DNA of 64,000 nucleotides from Takakia lepidozioides (Eukaryota > Plantae > Bryophyta). Under the pieces are notes generated by a model that worked only from the letters and a program-made list of their open reading frames with translations, did not search any database and was not told the DNA's origin. The stretch lies in assembly GCA_030704615.1 (NCBI GenBank), contig CM060731.1:63612001-63676000 (forward strand). The letters are read 5' to 3'. Each line of letters opens with the position of its first letter. Positions within the stretch are counted from its first letter, which is position 1. The translations under genes and the position numbers were made by a program. This document shows positions 12,901-26,159 of this stretch, piece after piece.

Positions 12901-14979
12901 TTAGGGACACCTGGGCTTGTCACGGGCTTATCTGTGTCACCACTGAGGACTTCTGCTCCTGGCCAAAGCTTCCGCCCATACAATGGCAAAACAAGCGCGC
13001 AACAATCCATGGCATCCCCTGAGTTCGATCGGGAAGTGAACTGGAAGCATCTGAAGACTTTTGCGAAAGCCTCCAGGCTTAGTTACCGTTGAACTCTATT
13101 TAATCGATAGTTACTGGATCAACACTAATCCCTAGGGTTTCTCTTTGTCAGATAGAGCTCCTTGGACCTTATGACAGGAGTAAATGGACAAAGATCTTGG
13201 TCCTTCTAACTTTTTGCACGTCCCTGTCACTGGGGATGGATAAATAAGTTCATCCTCTCGTCCGGTGTGTGTGCCTTATGGTGTCTATGGGGTTTTAAAT
13301 TTTTTCCCCGAATGATCCCAAATAACTGTAAGAGCTTTGTCCCCCCAAAAATATTTTATAATAAAGGTAATCAGGCCCTGCAATCCCCCTGTTTAATTTT
13401 TTTAAAACAAAATCATAAATGTTTTTATGATTTTTGGGGATTGCAGGGCACCAACGGCCGGCCCCAGCCGGCCGTTGGTGCCTTCCTTCCAGAAGTTGGA
13501 CACCTTTACGTGTAAGTAATATATGTAAGGTTTCCGTCACCCCACAACCCTAGCGTGAGGCCCCAGCGTTCCTAAACCTAGCTTGCGTGAATGGTCATCC
13601 ACCTGCTTGTCCGATTTTGACACGCGGACACAATCTACATGTCAGCGTGTCACCGCGTCTAAGTCTACCGTAGGACCATATTTTAACGGCGGCCTCCTGC
13701 CAGGGACTGTCCCTACCATACCATTTCTATTCTCTGCCAAAAGAGGTCGAAGATTCCCTCAAGTATCCAATTACCGTCCAAATTCATCATCCAACAAATA
13801 CATTCCAGTTTCTTTTAAGCAACACATCTTTCCACGACCGCTCTAGCAACGGCCGAGATCTCGCCACTCGCAATCTGGGCCTGTCGTGGCGGCAAGATAT
13901 CAGTCGCCGCTGGCGGGCTGATCTCTGCGCGGGGATTCGTGGGATCCTGACCAATGAGAGAAATTAGACGCATAAGGGGCCGCCACGTGCGCTGCAGGCT
14001 GGGAGCGGGTCGATCGGACGGGCCGGAAGACATGGCCCCCTTGCGGGAGACGCAGGGAAGGAGAAGGTTTGGTCAGTCAGGAGCCTAGGCTGTGGACCAA
14101 TCGTGCCGCAGTGTGGCCTCCGCTGGGTACTAAAATTTGCTTACTTGTGTGAATATAGTCGTCGGGAAAAGTGGGATATTTGGGTTGCGGCAACGCGGTG
14201 CATGGGGTGACTTGCAGGGGGCGGTGGAGTGACTGGCGGGTGGAGGTGGGGGACGATAACGTTACGTAACCGGCGAGGACGGTTAGTAGCGCGCTTTTTT
14301 CTGCGTGTCCATGTCGGCAACTGCGCGTGTGGCCGTTTCGCGCTCGGGTTGCCCGCACTGCTTCTTGGCTGCAGCGATGCGCCGCGCTCTCCATCTCCAC
14401 CCCCGCACTGTTCAACCTCACTTCCTATTCCATGGCGTCGTGTCAGCTTTCGTTTCGCGGTGCCAACTTTTGACTTGATGGAGAGTCTCGTGCTGTTCAT
14501 GCTACATCTGCAGTGTGCTTGACTTTTTCGCGTCGTGTTTTCCCAACTCTGATTTCAGCTTTCGTATTTTAATGAGCACTTGCTTCTTTTGTAAAGAATT
14601 TGACCTTCAGAACATACATCTTCTTCTGCAGTTTTGTCGACTTATTTCTTTAGCTCCCACCACTGTTTTTCCATCTCTTGTCTTATGGTGGTAGGTTCCG
14701 TCTGTCTGTTGGTCGCACCACCTCGTGTTTGTCCTGTTCTTGTCCTTTTCCGTCTCCTTCCTTGTCATTTACGCGCTGTCTGTTAGCTCTCCTCGACCTA
14801 CTTCGCCATTTCATGGCGGCGTCCTTGTGGCACTTTTGAATTAATAGGAACATCTTTCCCTCATTTCCTTCATCGTCTAGGCGGTCTCTTCATTCTTCCC
14901 TCCTTGTCTCCATTTCGTCCAGGTCTTTCTCTCATGGAATACTTCTCAAACTGCGCGCTTTGACAGTTACTTCCACACC

Positions 14980-15720
14980 TTGCATTCCAGTGTTCGGCCG
15001 AGCCGTCTATTGCATAAAGATAAGTCGTTGGAGTGCGAGTGTACACGGTGGAACGAGAACCACGATGGTAGTTTAGACATCGTACCTAATCAAGAGTCGT
15101 CAAATTATTGGAGATCTCAAGCAAAGTCGAATTGGAATATGGCAAACTTGATGATGGATTCCGGATCTGCTTTGACACGTTCCCGGTCTTTCTCATCTCT
15201 CACAGCCATGGCCTCTGTAGAATCTCAAGCAAGTATGCTGCAGGACAAGTCTTCGTTGAATGCCTCTTCTTCTTCACCGGGATCTTCCGTCCCTTCCTCT
15301 AGAAGCGGGCCATCACTAGGGAAGGCAAGCTTAAGTTTTAATTTGAGCAGAGGAGTTTCTCCAAGACGATATGCGAGCCTTCCCGATGACAGGTCCCCCG
15401 TGGCGCTTCACAGCTGTGTGATAAGGCTTCGTGTAGAGGACCGGCACCTGGCTGAGGATGTGAGAGAGGGCGTGGAGACTCCGAAAGACAGGTTGTTGGC
15501 AGCAGGTCAAGTTGCTTCACATGCCGATGAAATCATCATAAGTCCTCCCAGGCCTCCTACTCCCTCGCGTCTTGGATCGAACTCGGGAGGCGGCCCCTCT
15601 CTGGTCTGGAATGCCGGGATGCTAACGGAGGTATGCCGAAGTGTGAACTGCCAGGAGAATTTGCCATCCGCCTCTTTCCATTTCTCAAACTCCACGGCGA
15701 CTTCAATTGCCCAACACTAG
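14980..15720 (+). pseudogene. Ser/Pro/Arg-rich ORF, possibly a QWRF/AUG8-like gene fragment
   Basis: 246-codon low-complexity ORF with LTRSRSFS and SPPRPPTPSR; the QWRF core itself is not found. Confidence 0.25.
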
Positions 15721-17004
15721 AGCCAAATCCTTCGAACGTACCTACATCAATTGCAAATATCTCCAAGGTTTTGAACGTGGCTTCACTTGCAAGCGTGTTT
15801 CAGTGTTGCACATCAATTTGGCATGTGGTACACAGTTATTCAAACTGCAAGTGGTAATCTTGAGAACGCCAGGCTGTAGAAATGGCGCACAAGTGGCCCG
15901 TCAGGGCGGCTTGCAGGCATGGGATGCGGAGGAGCACAGATGGCTACTGGTGATGCAGTCTTGTTCTCAGAGTGAGCAAGTCACCAAACAATTTTGTTGC
16001 TGTACATCATAGTGTATTTTCTTAGAACGGCGGGGATTTTGTCTTTTGGATTCAGGATGTAGATCGGTACACTGAGGGAATATTACATACTAAGAGCTGC
16101 CATTTGCTCAATACCTGGCAGCTTTCAAAAGTTGGCATCTCTGCTATTACTGGGGTTGTTGCTAATTGAGAGGACATTACAAGATGTCATTTGTTGTACC
16201 ATAAAACTTTGTAAAATATTTCGCGGAATGAAAACCTTCGAGATGCGTCGTCAGACATCAGAACTTCTGGTCATCTGTTCTATATAGTCTCCTGGAAACC
16301 AGATGCTGTTGATGTCATCCTTGTTGTGCTCTGTGCTCTTCTCCACATGCAGTTGCCCCTTGCAATTCATATGACAGTAGTAACTAATCTCTTGCCATGC
16401 TCATGGCTTTAATGACTGAGTGTAAATTGCTGCATGTATGTCCAAAGCAGATCCCTTGTCGGTTAGAATCAACTTCACAGGGTAAGCAGTAGATTGACTC
16501 TTAGCTTCATGTTTGCTTCAAGATCTCCCCGAGCACTACAACGAAGATCATGAGGTGAGTTGCTTGAGGCAAGATGTGAGACAGGAATCTCAAAACGGTG
16601 GACTTTCATGCATAGATATTTTCTAATTTGCTTGGCCAGATGGAGTCTCCTTTATGCCTCTGCTTGCAAAGCTGTGTGTGTTGACACTAACAGCAGGGTT
16701 GGAGTTCACCTTCACTTGGACCAGGACACTGGTTGCCATGAATGTGTGTTGTGGAGGTGTATGTCCTCCTTGTAGGTTGTTTAAGTGCATGTTATGTTGG
16801 AACTATCTATGTTATACACTGTACAAGACAATCAACGGATGCTCTGGGTCAACTCGAGGCTTTTTCTGGGTTCATGAAGAAAGAGTCTTAGCACAATTCC
16901 TCCCTCATATGGATCTCCTCTCAGATCTGGAGAGAACGAAATGCTAATCCCCAGCCACCATACACTCGCTAAATCGGAGCTTTAGCAGTCTAGCCTTGTA
17001 AATA

Positions 17005-18779
17005 TTACCAGTGACACAGCCACAGGGTCACGAGAAGAAAGGCAAGGGCTGTGAAGGGAGATCTAGAAATGGCTGAAGCCATTGCTCCGCTTGACGGCGG
17101 CTTTGCGGGTGGGGGTGGTGACGTCGACGGAGGTCCAGTTGGAGGGGGTGCTGTTGATGGGGGCGATGGAGGAGGTGGCGCAGGCGAGGATATAGGCGGG
17201 CTGTACTTTGGCGCAGACGGCGGTGCTGATAAACACATGACACACAAACACAGTCCGTCAGCTTCAGTGTTGGTGAAGCAAGCTTCACACCATTTCCCTA
17301 TTCATAATTCGGTCTACACACATAGAAATCAGTTGCTGCAGTGAGGCCAGGGCATGTGTGTCCTGTGTGCTTTGATTGAGATCTAGGATAGTCTGAATCC
17401 CAAAACTGTCGTGGCCCATATTTCTGCCAGCTGCAGGATGTGGCATTTTTAGGCCGGCAGGTGAAGGCAATGCACTCCTCTGAATGAGCCATGGAAAGAA
17501 TTCTTTGAGGGTATTGGCTCATATTTTCGAATGTTGACCAGTAGATCAGTTCATCTCGTTCAATGTTGCAGAGAGGAGAGAGGTGTGTTAGAGGAGCAGG
17601 TAATGCGCAACGCTATGGACTATGTCGAATGAAATTGTTTAGATACAGTGACATCCATGGCATATCACATCCACCAACTTTCTGGACATTTATGAGATCG
17701 AGGTTTAAAGCTGGCCTTGAGCAAGAATGTGGCAGCAAGCGACAGTGTAAAGAGACGCACACGCATATGCAAAAAGACGTATGTACACTGTAATGCTTTG
17801 GCTAAATCTTTACCTGGGCATGTTGTCTCATTCGTCGTCTGGATGCTGCATTTCCCCCAGGCCACCATGCAATGAGTGAGAGCTATCGCTACATTTCTAG
17901 AGAGTCCATATAAGGATTTGCAGCGCAGATAGAATGTAAATAAGTCTCAACAGCTATGAAGTCATGGACCATGGTGCCTGAGATCCGCACAGACCATCTT
18001 ATGTGGACCACTTTTACAGACCACACATCACGAGTACCTCCGTAGATGGCGTGCATGTCTTCATGACTCCAAATGGGACTTCTCACCCAGCGATGCAAAG
18101 GAGCAAAACAGGAGTGTTCATCGAAGGGTGAGCAGCTCAATGAAATGATCTTCAAAGCGCATTACGGTCAGAAACCCCGCATCTCTTGGTTTGGCTCCTA
18201 CTTCGTATATGGGAAGACAGCTGATGAGGCCCTTCCACCATTTAAGATGAGGAACCTTCCCGTCTGAGAAGATAGCAATTTTAACAAAGGGAATTTCCAG
18301 GCGGTTTTGTACGGCATTGGAATGAACGACTACAGGGCGGGAAAGGAGTAGGCCTTACGCAGTGTGAATCTTAATCGAAGCCGACCCAGTATAGCCCATG
18401 TAGTTACACGCAGTTACACTGCACACACCACTTGAGTTAGCTGTACTAACACTGCCTATTGTAAGGCCTGAGCTTCCACAGCTTAGCGACCCTGAGCACG
18501 AAGAGCTCAGAAGGTCTGGTGTTGGAGTGCAAGAGACCCTGCCACAATCAATGTATGTTAGAAAGCTGAAGTGAACGTAAGTCATGTTCGAACCGAAATT
18601 TGAAGACAGGATTGCAATTGCAATTGATTTTCCTTCACCCATCAAGATACTAGGGCAACTGCAAAATTGGTGGGATCGCTGCATGCCCGGACAAACTGTT
18701 GCCACGTTGTTCAAGAGTTAAGGAAAAACTTTGAAGCGCGCATGAAACTCCTTGTCAAAATTGCTGAAGTGAACCCATT

Positions 18780-18819
<40 letters not shown>

Positions 18820-20124
18820 CTTACATAGAGGCATTGCTACCGCAACTGCATTGGACACATTTGTCAGCAGTGAGGGTGTAGGTCCCTTCAGCAACAATCA
18901 TCCCGCGATCCACAACTTTCTTGTTGAATGATGATGCACAAGCTGCATATGGGTCCAATAAAATGCACATTGAGGATTAAGGGGCTTAAAGTTGCTCTCG
19001 ACTTCAATGCTAGACACACAAGCTCAAAACTTTGCAAGGTTTGATGGTGAATTGATCAAGTACTTACTCCAAAACAACTAGAGACCCTCTGGAAAGGAAA
19101 CACTGCCAAGGGATCTCGAGTTACCAGGAAGAGGGATTTCAAGGCCATCGCCCGGAGACAAAGCAGTGGCAGTTGGAGGTAAACCATTGAGTAGAAGTAA
19201 ATCCGTGGTATTGACTCCGTATTGAGTGGCGATTTGATTGTAGCTGTCCCCGGTTTGCACCACGTATGCCAAGAAAATCTTCTTTTCCCCAGCCATCGCG
19301 CACCCGCAAGGGAAAGGAATGACAAACTGCTCCCCAGGAAAGATGAGATTCGGATTCGCAACTCCATTGGCTGTGGCAATTTGTGTGTAGTTTACCAATC
19401 CCCCATAGAACGATGCAATAACAGAGAGAGAATCTCCGCTTTGTACAGTGTGAACAGTGGCCTGTGTCTGCCGGGTACCATTGACGCATTGGCAGGCTAA
19501 TGGAATTCTTAAATTGAGGCCTACGTCCAACAGACCATCCGCCGCAGTTGTGATGTCCAGGTTGTTGGCTGCCAAGATAGAGTAGGAATCCACAGTGAAG
19601 AGTTTCGCAACGTTTATTACGGTTTGGTTTGATTGAGTGATGTAGTTCACCTGCAGTGCGCACATATAAGGAGTTGTGCGATGGGATACAAAAGCATTGG
19701 ACTACGGAAGCTGCGAATTCAAGTACGATATCAGAAAGAGAGAGAAGAGAACACTGCAATAGAGGATGCAGCCTACTAATTAGTACGGGCCCAAGAGGTG
19801 GCCTGAATGTATGTCGTATTGCATTGGGAGCAGGTAAACCGCATATAGTGCATGACTGAGGTGACATGCGACCCACGATTGCGCAACATTCGTCTCTGAA
19901 AAATTCACCACTTGTGACATTGAAATGTGTGGCTCAATTAGCTTGTTGAGTACTCCTTCTCCTTTGCAATTCTACAGAGCAGATGGCATCAAGTATTTCA
20001 CCAGGGATCTACAAGGCCTCGAAAAAGCAGGGCATTCCTCCGTGTAGGCTTCTGCCACATTGAAAGCTGCCATCACTATCGCCGTGGCTGCCACCCACCT
20101 CATGCATTCGCCTGGGACCTTCAT
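17005..20124 (-). CDS. LysM-domain GPI-anchored receptor-like protein (LYM1/LYM2/CEBiP-like), 6 exons
   Basis: Exons 20124-20002, 19650-19125, 18942-18825, 18538-18359, 17845-17814, 17225-17005 with GT-AG and consistent phases; signal peptide; three LysM with CxC linkers (CQC, CGC); TYTLTADKCVQCSC Cys-rich domain; Pro-rich stalk; hydrophobic GPI signal. Confidence 0.93.
18782..18816. repeat. (GA)n microsatellite in LysM gene intron
   Basis: Direct GA run. Confidence 0.95.
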
Positions 20125-20976
20125 AGCGAGTGCGTTAGCAGGGCAGCAAATTCTGATACAGAGAGAAGTCCAGCTGAAGCTGAATCGGTGGAAACAGTAC
20201 TCGAAAAAATCGCAAAGCTCTCCAAGGAGTGAGAGAGTCCCCGAGGGCAAGATGAGGGAACCAGCAGGAGAAGCTGCGTTTCCTCCTCCTCTCCCTCTGT
20301 AAACGAATACTTGAGATTGACCCGACCGCAGCCAAGTTCCCAAAGAGTTGAGAGCCACTTTGAGAGGAGAGAAATACGAACGATCCGACAGCAACAACAG
20401 ACAAATTGGAATAGTGGATCACACAAACAGTAGAGCACATTGAGAAATGCTCCAGCTCATGGACGGGTATTTTGAGAGTGCACCCGAACACCACCATCAA
20501 CCGAAGTTCGGAGAATATTTACTGTGAAATGCCAGGTGGAAGCAACGACAAAACAACATTCAGTTTATCCATCTAATCCTTTGGTTGCCTCTCTACATAT
20601 AGCTGTTCCCTCTCTTTGGGCTAAGCAGCAGGCTGATTGTTCACTTGAGAATTCGAAGAAGGAAGACTCTTATGGTAAGCTTAAGTTACATTCGTAACGT
20701 TAAGAAAACCGCCTAGAAAGTCGCTTTGCCTTTAGTAGGGATTCGTTTGCATGGAAGCAGCTGAGGACCTTCAATATCTTGAGTAGGTCCCAACTGGGCA
20801 CATGTTCGTTATGTACCAACCCCATTGCTTGGAAGGTGGACACCTTCTAACTGCCGTAATGTGTTTGCCCAACGTCCCTCCCCCAAGGATGATAGTCCTT
20901 AGGTACCCACACATTAAGTAGCTGGTTTAAGCCCAGAGGAACATTTTGTGAAGGAGGTAAAATTTAAAACCCTTAA

Positions 20977-21928
20977 CCCCTAAAGGACGACGTGACCCGT
21001 CGAAATTTCAAATGGATGAAAAACTCACAGATGAAGATGGATGAAATTAAGCCCTGAATGAAAAGTGTAGCCTATGCATCCCCCCTTGTTGATGGCACCC
21101 TAAAAGTCCTAGAGGACTGCGGTCAGGAATTTTTGGAGTGCCCAAAGGGTCCCGACTACCGACAATCTGATGGTTTGGGTCCTCGAGTAGGGTTGACTTC
21201 ACCACGTGGCAGGCAGATGGGGGCATTTGCCAGCGACGGGTGCCAGCGGGGCTGGCAGTCCACCCGTGCGGACAGTGCCGGCACAAAGGGGTCAGCAGGC
21301 CTCCTGTCACTTCATCGAAATTGCTGAGGTGGCTCCTTTTTCTTGGCCGGAAGTCTCTACCGGTTCAAGCAATAGTTGGCCTAAGCTTGGATTCAAGTTG
21401 GAAATTGGTTTTTTTTGGCAATCTCTACCTGTGAACAGCTTAGAATGGTGTCATATCTTTTTTTGGGTAGTGAGTATGAACTATGAAGACTATAGCAACA
21501 ACTTGACAGTAAGAATTTTTCTTCCCTAAAAATTGGGATCTCACATTGGGGGCCACATGGCAGAAATGGCCATTTTCACCCCCCTGTTTTTCCCATACAA
21601 ATCAACCATTGTGAATTTTAGTGCCATATAATCAGAATCTGGATAGCCTGTATCAATGAAAATTGAAAATGGTAGGCCATCTGCTTGGTCAAACCAATTT
21701 CTCACTATAAAAATGGAGAATGGTAGAAAATTTGGCGTAGCATTTTTGTTATAATCTTCCTAATTAGACGGTCAAATCTCCTGTTTTTACGGAGGTGCAT
21801 GAAGTAGGTAGCATCACTTTTGTACGGTTCATCCCTTTGGATGTTTGTAGCCTAAGAGATATACCCTCATCCAAGGGTATGTCTGGTTTTGGACGGCCCC
21901 AACAAAAAACAGGCTCGTCCTTTAGGGG
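20977..21928. mobile_element. Non-autonomous piggyBac-like element A
   Basis: TIR CCCCTAAAGGACGA / TCGTCCTTTAGGGG flanked by TTAA (20973-20976, 21929-21932). Confidence 0.75.
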
Positions 21929-21932
21929 TTAA

Positions 21933-23106
21933 CCCTTAAGTGTCAAAACTCATTTTCACCCTCTCGTGGAAAAACATGACCCTGGGGCACAATTGCTTCC
22001 CACCTACCCAACCTCCTACCACAAAAAGTTTCACCAAAATCCAACCGCCAGATCTGAAGATTATAAAGTGTAGAGTGGGGACAAAATAAATCTCCACCAA
22101 GAACTAGGTGCCAAAAAAAGCAGTTTTTTGCTCGTATTTGGGCAGTTTTAATTTTTTCTGTTTGAGAGTCTCAAGAATGTTAGTCCATAACTGATAACAC
22201 ACATTCTCATAAATTTTTAGTTTTTTCTGAAATGTTCTCAAGTGGGCTCCTTTGTAGTGAAAAATTGGGGGGTCAAAATATGCCATTTTCTTTGGGCAGG
22301 CCAAAATCTCTCCTCCTAAACATATACAAAAACAATCAGCCCGTCAATCCCTAATCCCTCCGGTTGAAATGTCATAGGCTTCCATATGAAGTCCCCGAAA
22401 AACTTGGAGACCAATCAGCCAATGCACCGGATCCTTAGGTTCCCTCCCAAGACTTCAAATGGCACACCTATGTTATAGCCTGCAGGCCTAGGATATTTGG
22501 AGCCATAGCCCAGAAGCCAGGGGGTTTGGGAGCTCCTCTGGCTACCCGGCCCTGCTTTCATGGGGGCCCACTCCACCCCCAACCCTATCAAACCCCCTAC
22601 CTAGGTTTGGCCCACCCCTCATGGGAGTTTTTTCGAGCCGCGAGCTCTGCCGCCATCGCGGTGCACTCCAGTCCGCGCTGCTATGAGCCATCGTGTTGGC
22701 CGGAGCTGCCATCTCCGTCGATCTCAGGTTAGGATGCAGGCCTGGGGATACCCAGACCTGCGCAGGCCGCCATACCCGCCGGGCAATCAATGGGTTTGGG
22801 GAAGCGTGCCGCCCATCCCTTTATGGGGTATCATTCATTCACCCTAACCTGACCGCAGTTGCCATGTCAGCAACTTGGGCAAGTTAGGGGTGCCAAAATG
22901 GCCTCAAAAGCTGAGTTGGCCCCCTTCCAATTGGTCGAGATCCCTCCCCCTTCAGGCATTGACCAATGACCCAATGCCATATGAAGGGGGACCCGATTGT
23001 CTGTCGATTGAGGCCAAAAAAGGGCCAATCAGCCTTAACCACAGAAAGTTATGGCTGGTTAATGAAACCTAACCAACCCAAAACGGGTCGGTTTGACACT
23101 TAAGGG
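21933..23106. mobile_element. Non-autonomous piggyBac-like element B
   Basis: TIR CCCTTAAGTGTCAAA / TTTGACACTTAAGGG flanked by TTAA (21929-21932, 23107-23110). Confidence 0.75.
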
Positions 23107-23181
23107 TTAAAAAACCATGGAAGCACAATACACACCCCAAGGCGGGGAAGAACCTGCGATACCTAGGACAGACAACACACT

Positions 23182-24200
23182 TAGGGAATTCCAAAAAGGC
23201 CTTGATGTGAAATGCATCGCAATTCACTTGATCACCCCCTAAAAGTGCGCAATTCAATTGAACTAACCCTAATTTGTAATTCAATTGAATTGCTGACTAC
23301 AATTCAATTGAATTGTAATCTATAATTTTTAACTTATTTCTGTATATATTATATATGTATATATTTAAATTATACATATATGCATACACAGGTATAAGCT
23401 AAAAATACATGTTGCCCGTCTATTCTTGCTGTCCGTATGTCAATCCTTTGCCCGTGGTAAGGCTTGAGCCCAAGATAAGCCTAAGGGAGAGAGAGAGAGG
23501 AAATCACGAAGCGCTTGTAAAAGCGGGTCTCTCTTTGTGGATGTTGGTGCCAATATATGGCTATGTACATATACCAAACATGATACCAATGTAAGAGTAT
23601 CAACGTGTAAGAGTTTGATATATTAAACTTAATATGGAACACACATCCCAACTTCAACATGTTACCTTTGTAAGGGTATCGAACTTTTTGATAATTCTCA
23701 AGATGAACATATTTTTTGTTTTCTTTGTCCTGAGCCATATACTAGTATTAGGGGACTACATGGTGATGCAGGGGAAGCCTTTCATCAATTGTCAGGTTTG
23801 ATTTTGTCTGTTTTTTTCGGATCTAGCCATGTTTCTTTTGCCAGTGAATCACAGGAAGCTGCTCATCTCTCTCCCTCTCTAGCTCTCCCTTTCTGGCTGA
23901 GGCTGAGTCTGGCTTCACAATTTCCTCAAGGGCACAAGAAAGAGGGCCAGCAAGAATAGACAGGCAACATGTATTTTTAACTTATATTATATATAAATAT
24001 AATTTGAATATATACATATACATATATATTATATATTATACACACAAAAAAAGGTAAAAATTATAGCTTACAATTCAATTGAATTGTCAACTCGCAATTC
24101 ACTTGAATTGCAAATTAGGGTTAGTTCAATTGCGCACTTTTAGGGGGTGATCAAGTGAATTGCGATGCATTTCACATCAAGGCCTTTTTGGAATTCCCTA
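23182..24200. mobile_element. Foldback/MITE-like element with ~250-bp TIRs
   Basis: TAGGGAATTCCAAAAAGGCC... and ...GGCCTTTTTGGAATTCCCTA; 23182-23431 is the inverted counterpart of 23948-24200; TSD ambiguous. Confidence 0.8.
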
Positions 24201-24739
24201 CACACGCCAAAAACAGGACCCCCAAAGGATGGAAGGGTTAAACATTTGCTCATTGTTGCAGAAGAATATAGGTATACAGCCAAAGATACATTTCTTTAGT
24301 CTTTCATAAGAACACAGGTTCCAAAAAGATTCAGGGCCTGTACCCTAACTACCTATAGCCTGTATGACAGCTACCTACTGTAACATAAAGCACTTTAGGA
24401 TTTTTCTCTTTGTTAAAATCTGCTCCTCCCAGAGCATAATAGCCCGATTGACGAGGGAGGGCAATACGTACTAGAGAACGGGCCTAGTTTGAACGGGCGA
24501 GCCCTATGGCCGCGCACAGGGCAAACACGGCCCGTTCACTGGCGTTAAAAGCAGGTGTGGCGTATTCTTGCCGCCACCTGGTGCAATAGGATTGGGGTCC
24601 AATTATCCCATATCGATTGCCCAAATTCAGGGTCCCTGAGAGGATATAAACGGGCAAGCCACCCAAGGAAGGCGCGCTGGATGATGGCTACTGGCTGAAT
24701 AAAAGGCCCAGGAGAGATGAATGTTGACGAATGTGGGGA

Positions 24740-25519
24740 GAGATATGAATTTGGGCGCGATGCTAAATTTCAGGGTCCACCTGAAAGATGTTCCAGTGGT
24801 GCCATATGTTTGTCTGGAGCTGTTGCGATCGTCGGTGGTAGCAGACTGAGCCAAAACGGAACTCACTCCAGTTTGAGAGACACACTTAGCCAGCAATGCT
24901 GCCCTCCCTAGCTGTCCAACTCCGTGCCCTTCACAGCAGCAGATGGCCGTCAGTCTGTGAAGGCACCTGGTGAACTACACCTTACGCCCGCATAGCTCAG
25001 CAAGCCGAAACAAACCTCACTACAAAGTGCAGAACACTGGCAGCATCAAACCATCGTACCCCTCGAGGTGCAAAGAGAGATCGCAATGTAGACATCAAGA
25101 TGCAACGCTTGTAGGAAACTGACCCAGACATGAAGATCTCACTCAATGCTTGGAAGAACGACTACCCCAAAAACTTCATAACTCCTATGGAATTTTTGAA
25201 ATGGCTAGTTTTCAGCGGGTATCTCAGTCCTTTCCAGTGATCTACAAGGAGGGTTTCCTGTCCACTTGGGAACCTTGTCCTAAAACACAGATGCCGTCCA
25301 TTCCTGTGGGAACGAACCCCTTAAGGAGCTGCCCCTTCTCACCCTCTAATTTCGCGGCCCTCTGTCTTCGTGGGCTCATCCACCATTAACCCGTTTGAAC
25401 AAAGGGTGGCCCCATGGCAGGCTGTAACCCGAGTGCTTTCAGCTGTTGCAGGTGTACAGTGGTTAACATGAGGGATACAAAGTCCAAGATCCAGCTGTCA
25501 GCCCTTAAGGGTTCTGTCA
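24740..25519 (+). repeat. Dispersed repeat, copy 1 (unclassified)
   Basis: Highly similar to the reverse complement of 59245-59912. Confidence 0.85.
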
Positions 25520-26159
25520 AAAGTCTAGGATAGAAAGGTGGCACTCATGTGACCGGTGGGAGCAAAAAGGAAATAATAACTTAGGCAACTTGCGAGATTG
25601 AGCTACCACAAACAAAAAGAAGGGTCAGCTCTGCATCATCGCTGGAGGCACAACGTCAACGAGCTGCAACGCTGGACACTTGTAAATAACTGCCAAACTA
25701 CATCGACTCTCTTCCCTACAAGTGTTGTGGAAGGACTCGCCAAGAGAGTAAGGATTCTTTCCGTTGGCTCCATTTTGTGCCTGCAAACAACACTGCGTGA
25801 AGCGGGGAAAGTAAGAGGGAGTGGTAAAGATTTCCCCTTTTGCAGCAACCTTTGTGGAGCCCTACCGCGCGTCCCGTCGTGTACTTTGCAAGTAAGTCGA
25901 CGCGGCACATGTGTGAGCTCGGCTTCGGGACCACCACCATGAGTTATGGCAAGACGCGACTTTCCTATCCGCAGACTTGTTATGTACAGACTGTGGTCCG
26001 CGCGTCTAGTCTCAATGAAACTGGGAACCATACATGAAAACTGGGAGATGTAGAAGTGCCAAGGGAGGAATTGGGTGCGGGTGAGATCTGTAGGGTGTAG
26101 CTAGGACTCCTTGTCCATGTTGCAATTTCTACGCGAAGCACTTCTGTAGGACTTAAGAC

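Noticed and set aside
13583-14522. GC-rich short ORFs on both strands
   Set aside because: Look like a promoter/5' UTR region; no coding signature.
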